A stretch of 25,681 nucleotides of DNA from positions 1 through 25,681 of the IMG/VR virus record IMGVR_UViG_3300007643_000022; one strand, given 5' to 3'. Shown one piece after another: positions 9,001 through 16,029 of the stretch. Each line of letters opens with the position of its first letter. Position 1 is the first letter of the stretch. The DNA comes from a virus (taxonomy: Duplodnaviria > Caudoviricetes). Below the pieces are notes generated by a model. The model had not been told where the DNA came from. It was given only the letters and a program-made list of their open reading frames with translations, and ran no database searches. Position numbers and translations under genes: made by a program.

Positions 9001-10677
9001 CTACGGTGTCTGACCGCCGCCGTGACCGACGTTGTGCAGCACGTTCTCAGCTTCGGAACGCGCGACCGACAGAACGAGACTCCCGAAGGCGGCCTCGTAC
9101 GTGGTCGTGACCACGTCACCGTCGTCGTCGAGCATCGCGCCCAACGCCTGCCAACGCTCCAGAAGGATCGTGTACTGCTCGCGCACCCAGTCGAGCAACC
9201 GACCCGAGTACCCACCCGCACCTTCCTGCGGAAGCAGGACCGGGAGGTCACCGGCTACGGCATCGCCGTACACGTCCGCCTTCTGACTGCCACGAGTACC
9301 GACGCTGATGATGCCAGCGAAGTCTGTGGCGTTCGTGGTGCCGACCAGGGCATCGGCGTGCTTGTTCAGCGCCATCGCACTGACAGCCGTGTCGTTGGCC
9401 GGGAGATCGAGGTTGACCGCAGCGGCCTCGACCGTCGTCGCGTTGTCGTCGGAGTACTGGATGTCGGCTCCGACAGCGAAGTAGATGGTGCCCCGGTCGT
9501 CCTGCACCATGAGGCCCAGCTCGTCCTGGGCGCCCGTCACTGCGACCGGCGTCTCCCACGTGGCTCCGGCGTCCTGCGAGACCTGCACCTCGTCGACGCC
9601 AGCGGAGACCAAGGTCGTCACGACCCAGTAGCCATTCGCCAGCTCGAGAAAGTTCACGCAGTCGTCCGGGTTGCCCGCGCTGAAGTCCTCCTCCTCCGCG
9701 AACGTGGCTCCGTCGTCCGAAGACGAGTAGAGGATCGCGTCGTCACCACACGCGAACACCTTCCCGCCAGCTCGCTCGCGACCGAGGCTGTTGATCCCGG
9801 CGGGACCGGCGACCGTCACCTCGCTCCACGTGAGACCGTTGTCGGTCGAGCGGAGCACCTCACCACCGGCTCCACCGGACGCCAGGATGGTGCGCGTCTC
9901 GGGGATCACCAGTGCGTCGGTGAACGTGTTCGACGCCAGCGTCACGTCCGTCGTGACAGCGGTCCACGTGCGACCGAAGTCCTCGGATTTGTACACGACC
10001 TCGGCGGACGCGGTGTTGCCGAACATGAAGAGGTTCCAGCCGTCCCACGTCTGCACGATGGCCGCTACATCCGTCACCGAAGCCGGGAGCGCACCCAGGT
10101 GATGCCACGTGCGGCCGTCGTCAGTCGAGCGACGCACCGTCATCGCCACACCGGAATTCGGCGTGCCTACAGCGAGCAGCTCACCGAAGTGGTCGCGGTC
10201 GGTGAGCATGAGGATCGAATTGATCGCGTCCAGCTCAGGAGCGATGGAGGCCCGCTGAATCAGCCGCCAATTGCGGATGTCCGCGATGTCGAAGTTCGTC
10301 GCCGTGATGCCAGCGTCGGCGTTGATCTTCGTGACGATGGCCGCGATGTCGTCGATGGCATCGTTCACTTCTTCGGCCAGAGCCGTCGCGACCTCTTCCG
10401 TCACGTGGCCGACCTTGAACTCCACCAGAGCGCCACGACGCGGAGTCGGTGTCGCTTCCGTCGGCGTGTAGTCCGAGTGGTTGATCTGCGCGGCGGTGAG
10501 CTGCGCTTCGTAATCGGTGTCCGTCACACCGGCGTCGGCGTCGAGGAGCCCGGTCGCGTCATGCACGTCTTCGAGCAGCTCGTTGAACTGGTCGATGAGT
10601 GCGAACATGAGGCGCCCGTTGGATCCACCCTCCGGGTACCGGACGGGTGTCCTACTGGCTGCGGTGGTCTGCGTCAT
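9001..10677 (-). CDS. Asp-box (BNR) repeat beta-propeller protein, probably virion-associated
   Basis: 558 aa with GGAG RBS. Asp-boxes: RSTDDGRTW, KSEDFGRTW, RSTDNGLTW, SSSDDGATF, VSQDAGATW, and degenerate YSDDNATT. Confidence 0.75.
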   Translation of the reverse strand: MTQTTAASRTPVRYPEGGSNGRLMFALIDQFNELLEDVHDATGLLDADAGVTDTDYEAQLTAAQINHSDYTPTEATPTPRRGALVEFKVGHVTEEVATALAEEVNDAIDDIAAIVTKINADAGITATNFDIADIRNWRLIQRASIAPELDAINSILMLTDRDHFGELLAVGTPNSGVAMTVRRSTDDGRTWHHLGALPASVTDVAAIVQTWDGWNLFMFGNTASAEVVYKSEDFGRTWTAVTTDVTLASNTFTDALVIPETRTILASGGAGGEVLRSTDNGLTWSEVTVAGPAGINSLGRERAGGKVFACGDDAILYSSSDDGATFAEEEDFSAGNPDDCVNFLELANGYWVVTTLVSAGVDEVQVSQDAGATWETPVAVTGAQDELGLMVQDDRGTIYFAVGADIQYSDDNATTVEAAAVNLDLPANDTAVSAMALNKHADALVGTTNATDFAGIISVGTRGSQKADVYGDAVAGDLPVLLPQEGAGGYSGRLLDWVREQYTILLERWQALGAMLDDDGDVVTTTYEAAFGSLVLSVARSEAENVLHNVGHGGGQTP

Positions 10678-11027
10678 TTCGTTAGCACTCCTGTTTTACG
10701 CCACACGGCGCAAGGCTCACACCGACCGTTCTGTTTCGGAGCCGCGATTTCGTCTCCGCAGTCGGTGCATACGTAGAGCGTGGGGTCCTCCCCCAGCTCG
10801 TCCAGCATGAGGGACCGGTACGTTCCGTCCGGGTTCCTCGATACCAGCGGGTGGTGGTCAATCGAAGGCAACGTGATGCAACCAAACTCTCGCACCCGTT
10901 CGACCATCTGCTTGAAATGCGTCCGCGCACGGAGCCGCTTGAGCATCCGCTTCGTGACGCGTCCTTCCGGTAGTACCTCTTTCCAGCGGTCTTCCAAGAC
11001 ACGCACCACACGCGACTCAGGCGACAT
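10674..11027 (-). CDS. Hypothetical protein with C-terminal Zn ribbon
   Basis: 117 aa with a basic N-half and CTDCG...CEPC. It overlaps both neighbouring genes. Confidence 0.7.
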   Translation of the reverse strand: MSPESRVVRVLEDRWKEVLPEGRVTKRMLKRLRARTHFKQMVERVREFGCITLPSIDHHPLVSRNPDGTYRSLMLDELGEDPTLYVCTDCGDEIAAPKQNGRCEPCAVWRKTGVLTK

Positions 11028-11721
11028 CGGTTTTGTCGTAGACCAGCTTCTGGAAGAAGCTCACCTCGGCCGTCGAAATCGCGGAGTACTTCCCGCCGCC
11101 CTCGATGGTCGGAATCGCGGCGGTGTACGCCTCGTCCGCGTCCATCTGGAACGCCATTTCGTCGGAGAAGATCGCTGAGAACGTGTACTGCCTGACGGCC
11201 GCGGCGCCCTGCTGCACCGCCATCATGATCGAGCCGTTCGGGAACGTGATTCGGGTGTGCTTGTAGCGCAGATCCGGCCACGGTACCCACGGGTGTTGCT
11301 TGTGCATGATGCGGAACGACTCCTTCAGTCGCTTCAGCGTTGCGTCCGCGTCGTCTTCCTTCTTGGACTGGATCGCGATGCGCTGACCCGGCCAACACAT
11401 GCCGAGCCAACCATGCAGGTTCACCATGAGATGCGTCAGCCGAAGCTGGCGCGACTTCGGGACCGCGAGCAGGTCGTTGTTCCACCACATCGCGGTCACG
11501 TACAGCAGGTAGTCGTCGTCGCTGCCGTCCAATTCGCGGCAGGGCTCCATCGTCGCAGGGTCGATGAACGGCTTCCCGTGAAACAGCTTGCGCTCGTTGT
11601 CGATGCGCCGGTGCTCGTCCACCGACCACGCATAGTTCTCGAACCAGTACACGGGGTTGCGACGGATGCGCTCCCACTCTAGAAGCTGGAGCTTCCGAGC
11701 CAGTGCGTCGCGTTCGTTCAT
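11017..11721 (-). CDS. terL: Terminase large subunit, N-terminal ATPase domain only
   Basis: Start moved to ATG 11721 (ATGA overlap, GGGAG RBS), 234 aa. Contains NPVYWFENY, deviant Walker A PKSRQLRLT, QSKKEDDA, FPNGS, Walker B IFSDEMAF and coupling motif ISTA. The stop follows FFQKLVYDKTDVA. Confidence 0.88.
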   Translation of the reverse strand: MNERDALARKLQLLEWERIRRNPVYWFENYAWSVDEHRRIDNERKLFHGKPFIDPATMEPCRELDGSDDDYLLYVTAMWWNNDLLAVPKSRQLRLTHLMVNLHGWLGMCWPGQRIAIQSKKEDDADATLKRLKESFRIMHKQHPWVPWPDLRYKHTRITFPNGSIMMAVQQGAAAVRQYTFSAIFSDEMAFQMDADEAYTAAIPTIEGGGKYSAISTAEVSFFQKLVYDKTDVA

Positions 11722-12254
11722 CTCCCGGCATGTACGATCTTCGATGGTGTCGCGACCGCGCCCTGCGAAGCTGCTGCTTCGTCTGCGGCGACCGCTTGTG
11801 CGACTTGGTCCCAACGCTCCTGCTGCTGTCGCAGGCGCACCGGGAAGTTGAACATCTTGGTGAGCAGGTCCTGTCGGTCGACCAAGATCATGTTGGTGCC
11901 CGGGAGGTCCATGCCCGAGAACCGATTCACGGCCACGATGTCACCGACGCCGTAGAACTGGGTCCGCATCATCATGTCGGCCAGCTCAGGGGACGCCTCC
12001 GCGTGCTTCACGATCTCTTGGTTCACCAGCCAGCCCACCGCGACGATGACACCCATGTCCGGGAGGTCCGCGCCGTACTTCAGTACGGTCAGGTCGACCG
12101 GACGCTTCTCGTCGGGAACGACGGGGTAGATGGCGATGAGGGAGTCACGGGGTGAGATGCGCACGGGTGATTGGCCTATCGCCTCGGCGACGAGCTCCGT
12201 TCCCATCTCTTCCTGCGACCACGGCTTTTCCATCCCTTCGTTCGCGTCAGTCAT
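11718..12254 (-). CDS. GroES/Cpn10-like co-chaperonin
   Basis: ISPRDSLIAIYP, MGVIVAVG, GVGDIVAVNRFSG and MILVDRQDLL align in order with GroES IRPLHDRVIVKR, RGEVLAVG, KVGDIVIF and VLIMSESDIL. It has N- and C-terminal extensions. Confidence 0.75.
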   Translation of the reverse strand: MTDANEGMEKPWSQEEMGTELVAEAIGQSPVRISPRDSLIAIYPVVPDEKRPVDLTVLKYGADLPDMGVIVAVGWLVNQEIVKHAEASPELADMMMRTQFYGVGDIVAVNRFSGMDLPGTNMILVDRQDLLTKMFNFPVRLRQQQERWDQVAQAVAADEAAASQGAVATPSKIVHAGR

Positions 12255-13015
12255 GCTTCGTTAACCCCTGGTTTGCCGCCGACCAGTGAGAGCAGGGCCC
12301 CGGGGTTCCCCGAAAGCGCCTTGAACTCCTGATCGGAGAGCTGGTTCATCATTTCAGACAGGTAGTCACCCGCCTGCTCCTTGCTGGCCAGCTCGGAGAA
12401 CCGAGCCCGTACTTCCATCAGGCGGGCCAACGCGCCCGAAATCTTCACCAACTGGTGCTCTGCCTGCTGGACCTCGAGCGATCGTACGTGGCCACCCAGG
12501 CGGGGGTCCATGTACTCGCGCATCCGCTGATCCTTCAGGTATCGGTGGATCCTCGCCGCCATCAGCCGATTGAACTTGATCTCTTGGTCGATGATGGTGA
12601 CCGGATCGGTCGGGATCGAGTTGAAGACCGCGACCTCCTCCTCCGGCAAGAAGTCCTCGATCCACTGGTGCCACGTCTTCTTCCAGCGTGTGAGCTGATT
12701 CGCGCCGTGAGTCACCGCGCTAGGCTTTTCACGGCCGCCGGTGACCCGCCGGTACTCCTCGGGGCTGATCTCACCCACCCACGGCGGAAGACCCTTCGCA
12801 AAACGGTCACCACCGTGATGTCGGCAGCGACCGTAACCCGTGTGATCCGTCCCCCAGCCCGCTACACGCTGGCAGTAGTCACCGGGGGCGGCTTCGGACC
12901 CGTTCTTCCGAATGATCTCACCGGCACAGCGTCCCGGATACGCGTCTTGTGGCTCCGAACGCAGCGGCCCGTCCTTCAGGAGCCACGCTTCGACTTCGGT
13001 GCCAAATTCGCTCAT
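12251..13015 (-). CDS. terS: Putative terminase small subunit (HGG-type Cys/His N-terminal domain)
   Basis: RCAG...CQRVAGWGTDHTGYGRCRHHGG followed by AVTHG and a helical C-half (IIDQEIKFNRLM). First gene of the packaging cluster. Confidence 0.65.
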   Translation of the reverse strand: MSEFGTEVEAWLLKDGPLRSEPQDAYPGRCAGEIIRKNGSEAAPGDYCQRVAGWGTDHTGYGRCRHHGGDRFAKGLPPWVGEISPEEYRRVTGGREKPSAVTHGANQLTRWKKTWHQWIEDFLPEEEVAVFNSIPTDPVTIIDQEIKFNRLMAARIHRYLKDQRMREYMDPRLGGHVRSLEVQQAEHQLVKISGALARLMEVRARFSELASKEQAGDYLSEMMNQLSDQEFKALSGNPGALLSLVGGKPGVNEA

Positions 13016-13026
13016 AGATCGCTGTG

Positions 13027-13225
13027 AAAAGAGGGGCCAGCCCCGGTTCGAGCGAGCCCCCCGGGTTCATCGGAGGAGAGACGGTGCGGCCTGCGAGCGA
13101 CTGCATACGCTGGAGCTGCCGACGCGCAAGGAGACCTCACGGTACATCCTACACTCACCGCCGCACCGTCCCTGAATAGATAACCGGCTCCCGCCCCTGC
13201 CGGAACCTGCACGCCGTAGCGCCCC
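13027..13225 (-). ncRNA. Candidate structured non-coding RNA or long structured leader (rod with central bubble)
   Basis: Intergenic. Perfect 11-bp inverted repeat (13080-13090 / 13160-13170) plus nested helices that need G-U pairs available only on the minus strand. Ends in UCUUUU. Confidence 0.5.
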
Positions 13226-13254
13226 GTGCCGTAGCCCGCCAGCTATCCGATAAG

Positions 13255-14163
13255 TCAGCGGGCCGGAGGGGTCAAGTCGAAGCCGTCCACGACGCGTTCA
13301 GCCTCCAGCGCAAAGACGAGCTTCGCCTTGTCGCTGAAATCCATGCCGCCGGGCCATGAATGCTTCACGTTCGGCTTCAGGAGACGGCTGTTCTGGCGGT
13401 GCCAGCGGCCGGTTGGTGGCGCGAGACCGAGCAATTCGTTCATGCGACCCATCTGGGCGAGATCGGAGCGCCAAACCTCGTTGTGCATCTGGCCTGCCAC
13501 GTCTTTCAGCAGGTCCAGCACGTTGCGAGGCTTCGTCCAGCCGACTTTCGGCTCCCACGGGTCGTCGGTGAGCACCACCACCAGAAGATCCGGGTTCTCG
13601 GAGATGGCCCGGGAGAGCGGAGTCATGTCCCTGACGCCGCCATCGTACGCCCAGGAGCCCTTCGGCATCCATTCCTTCGCCGGTTCAGCGAATCCTGGGA
13701 TGGAACCGGACGCCAGGACAGCGTGCGGCATCTGAGCGACCGGCAGGTACTTCAGATTCGGCTGCCACAGCACCTGACCGTCCATCATGGTGGCCGAAAC
13801 GTAGCATCCAGGCGCGTGAGAACGCTTCAGGGCCGCCCAATCTATGCCGGTTTGCAGCCACCGGAGCAGCCCATCGGTGTCGTAGAGGCCGAACTTCTTG
13901 CCGCGCACCATCTGGATCGCTCGCCAGAAGCCCAGACCGCCCGAGAACAGGTCGTCGAACGTGATTCCCTGCCACAGACGCCGCTGCTTCGGGATCTCGG
14001 AAGGTTCCACGTGAAACAGTGCCACCTGAGCGGCGACAATCGCGCCTGCGGAGGTGCCGTAGATCCGGTCGAACCGCCACCCGCGCTCGTACAAAAGCCG
14101 CGCCACCTCGAACTCGAAGTAGCCACGGCTGCCACCACCCGATAGCACCAGGGATGTGGTCAC
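13255..14163 (-). CDS. Patatin-like phospholipase
   Basis: LVLSGGGSRG (oxyanion hole), GTSAG (nucleophilic Ser), ASGSIPG and YDGG (catalytic Asp) are all intact. Confidence 0.92.
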   Translation of the reverse strand: MTTSLVLSGGGSRGYFEFEVARLLYERGWRFDRIYGTSAGAIVAAQVALFHVEPSEIPKQRRLWQGITFDDLFSGGLGFWRAIQMVRGKKFGLYDTDGLLRWLQTGIDWAALKRSHAPGCYVSATMMDGQVLWQPNLKYLPVAQMPHAVLASGSIPGFAEPAKEWMPKGSWAYDGGVRDMTPLSRAISENPDLLVVVLTDDPWEPKVGWTKPRNVLDLLKDVAGQMHNEVWRSDLAQMGRMNELLGLAPPTGRWHRQNSRLLKPNVKHSWPGGMDFSDKAKLVFALEAERVVDGFDLTPPAR

Positions 14164-14169
14164 TGGTCT

Positions 14170-14562
14170 TCAGCCAGCTTCCTCAGAAGCCAACGCAGCG
14201 CCCGGCCCATAGCCCTCCGGACGCGCTTCTTCTTGCCCGGTGCCTGTTCCGGCTCCCCCTGTCCCTGGATCTCCTGCATCGCCAGCCAACTCCTGTTCGA
14301 GAACGGTCATCAGCGCCGACATACCCGCCGCCTGGATCATCGAGCCGATGTGCTCCTCGATCTTCGGCATCAGGGTCCCATCGGCGCCACTGCGGATGTG
14401 CTGGTCGAGACGCCGGATCAGCCTCCGTCGACGACCGGTGCCCCCGCCGCGCTCTTGGTGAGCGCACAGCAGCAGGTCACGCAACGGGACTCCGACGGTC
14501 AGGTTCACCTTCAGGGTCAGCGTGCGATCGAGCGGGATCTTCGGTGGGGACGGGTCGCTCAT
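14170..14562 (-). CDS. Hypothetical protein
   Basis: 130 aa with a strong AGGAGG RBS. Confidence 0.7.
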   Translation of the reverse strand: MSDPSPPKIPLDRTLTLKVNLTVGVPLRDLLLCAHQERGGGTGRRRRLIRRLDQHIRSGADGTLMPKIEEHIGSMIQAAGMSALMTVLEQELAGDAGDPGTGGAGTGTGQEEARPEGYGPGAALASEEAG

Positions 14563-14640
14563 CTCGACCTCCTGGAGCTGGAGCCTAGACCGCAGGGGTC
14601 GACTCTTCGAGCCGGAGCTGCTGCGTCATCCCCACGAACA

Positions 14641-15186
14641 TCATACGCCCAGCTCCCCCTGCGTGACGCGGTGCTTGCCGTCGACGAACTCCAGCAGCAT
14701 CCACTCCAGCTTGCGCCACGCTTCGAAGCCCTTCCGCGAGTAGACCGGCACCTTGATCTTCGCCGACCCGCCATGCTTCAGCGGGCCCAGCGTCACCGAG
14801 ACCGACACGCCGGTCATCATCCCCATCTCCATCGAGACCTTCGCTTCGTGGAACGTGTAGCCGGTCTCGAGTCCGAACAGAGAGTCCTGCGCCGCGTCGA
14901 CGACCGCCTTCATCGCGTCGAACAGACGCTTCGTCGGCGTGTCCAGCGAACGGCGCACCGTCGTCGATGTCTCCGGCAAACCATCCTCGCCGGTCGTCTC
15001 GAACTGGAACTGCACCCAGGTCTCCATGCCACGCTTCGTGTGGCGCAGCCCGAACGAGAGCACGTCGCGGAACTTCCGACGCTCGATCTCTTCTGTATCG
15101 GCGCGAAGCGCCGCGACGTTTGCTGCCTGCTGGCGCTCCTTCTGACGCGCCTCAGCTTCGGCTACGCGGTCTCTGTCCTGGGTCAT
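14641..15186 (-). CDS. Hypothetical protein (first gene of the leftward operon)
   Basis: Start moved to ATG 15186 (AAGGAG RBS), 181 aa, MTQDRDRVAEAE...VDGKHRVTQGELGV. The upstream extension in the ORF track lies in low-complexity DNA. Confidence 0.7.
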   Translation of the reverse strand: MTQDRDRVAEAEARQKERQQAANVAALRADTEEIERRKFRDVLSFGLRHTKRGMETWVQFQFETTGEDGLPETSTTVRRSLDTPTKRLFDAMKAVVDAAQDSLFGLETGYTFHEAKVSMEMGMMTGVSVSVTLGPLKHGGSAKIKVPVYSRKGFEAWRKLEWMLLEFVDGKHRVTQGELGV

Positions 15187-15217
15187 CGACGGGCTCCTTG
15201 CGCATGGTTGGAGTCCA

Positions 15218-15246
15218 ACGCTAGTCCGCGGGTCCCCGTTGGGCAA
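15218..15246 (-). promoter_or_regulatory. Candidate sigma70-type promoter for the leftward operon
   Basis: TTGCCC-N17-TAGCGT, ~30 nt upstream of ATG 15186. Overlapped by the palindrome GTTGGA-G-TCCAAC (15207-15219). Confidence 0.4.
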
Positions 15247-15263
15247 GAGGAACGATCCATTCC

Positions 15264-15900
15264 GGGGGCCCCCCCTTGTTTCCCGGCGGTCCCTTGGGGG
15301 TCTGCCCCGAGGGCTACGCCCCCTCTGGAGCGGTCCACTGAAGCGGGGGGTGGGCCCATCCCGGGGTCGGATGGCCGGTGCCTGCCTGCCACTGTCGCAC
15401 ACCTGCCTCGCCCCTGCTGCGCTGCCACCACACGCTGCCCACTGCTGCCAGCGCCACCCCTGCCCCGCCCACTGCCCGGGGGGTCTGCCCCGTGGTGGGG
15501 GCTCGGGGGTCGTGGCCATGCGGGCCCGGAAGCTTGGCCCTGGGCGGCACGACTGCCCCGGCTGACTGCCCCGGGAACCTGGGGCCTGGGGACCTGGGGG
15601 CGCAAGGGCTGGCCTATGACGGGCGTTCCCGCTGGGGTCGGGACAGGGGAGGGGCTGCCGGTCCGCCTCTTCGGCTGGGCTAGCGTCGCGGCGGGTGTCA
15701 GGTGCATCGGATGGTGCAAGGGCAGAGCCGAGCGGGCGAGCGGTGCGGGCTGGTGTGGCGTGTCGGGCGTGCGGCGTAACTCCCCTCTTGCCATGCTGTT
15801 ACGAGGTCGCTGTCGGTGTGTCGCCCTGGCGGGCTGGGCCTGCTGTGCGTGTCGAGCTGGTGGCGCTGGCGGTGGGCGCTGTGCGTGGTCGCTGGTGGGG
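15264..15900. repeat. GC-rich, strand-skewed low-complexity non-coding region with short repeats
   Basis: GGGGGTCTGCCCCG x2 (15296, 15479), GACTGCCCCGG x2 (15551, 15564), CCTGGGG x3 (15578-15599) and many CTGCC units. Confidence 0.7.
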
Positions 15901-15948
15901 AGACTACAGAGGGGGATCTAACCGGGCACCGAAGGTGCCCCTCCCCTC

Positions 15949-15994
15949 TCTCCCTTCCCCTCTCCCCCTATAGTCCCCCTCTCCCCTTCCCTCT
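15949..15994. repeat. Perfect 21-bp homopyrimidine/homopurine mirror repeat
   Basis: TCTCCCTTCCCCTCTCCCCCT-ATAG-TCCCCCTCTCCCCTTCCCTCT. Confidence 0.9.
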
Positions 15995-16013
15995 AGGTCC
16001 TCCCCGTTCATGG

Positions 16014-16029
16014 TGGCACGGATCTGGCA
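16014..16029 (+). promoter_or_regulatory. Candidate sigma54 (-24/-12) promoter
   Basis: TGGCACG-GATC-TGGCA versus consensus TGGCACG-N4-TTGCW: one mismatch, exact GG-N10-GC spacing. It lies upstream of the rightward operon. Confidence 0.45.

Noticed and set aside
8698-10776. 692-aa plus-strand ORF, and similar long antisense ORFs (111-1103, 1881-2534, 8036-9013, 21486-22604, 23881-24879)
   Set aside because: These are shadows of well-supported opposite-strand genes in high-GC DNA, with Arg/Val/Ser-rich composition and no motifs or RBS.
8999-11016. Group I/II intron, intein or homing endonuclease as the cause of the terL split
   Set aside because: The insert is fully occupied by two ordinary coupled ORFs. 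No LAGLIDADG, GIY-YIG, HNH or RT motifs, no intein C/S...HN ends, and no room for a ribozyme core.
11434-11457. Inactive terminase ATPase because Walker A lacks GK(T/S)
   Set aside because: Terminases commonly use deviant Walker A motifs with an upstream Lys (K-S/A-R-Q). Walker B and the coupling motif are intact.
13078-13172. tRNA or SRP RNA
   Set aside because: No cloverleaf, TTC loop or CCA end, and no SRP GGAA-loop/AGCAG motif. Kept only as an unclassified structured RNA candidate.
13255-14163. CBASS defence operon (CapV-like effector)
   Set aside because: No CD-NTase, Cap2 or Cap3 genes nearby; the context is a phage late operon.
14585-14644. 19-aa ORF MMFVGMTQQLRLEESTPAV overlapping the upstream stop
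   Set aside because: Too short and featureless to support from sequence alone.
15290-15600. CRISPR array or iteron array
   Set aside because: The repeats are short (7-14 nt), irregularly spaced and lack unique spacers of constant length.
14233-15973. Long ORFs crossing the GC-rich divergence region (14233-15921, 15183-15794 and others)
   Set aside because: Pro/Gly/Ala/Trp-rich translations of stop-poor low-complexity DNA; no credible protein features.
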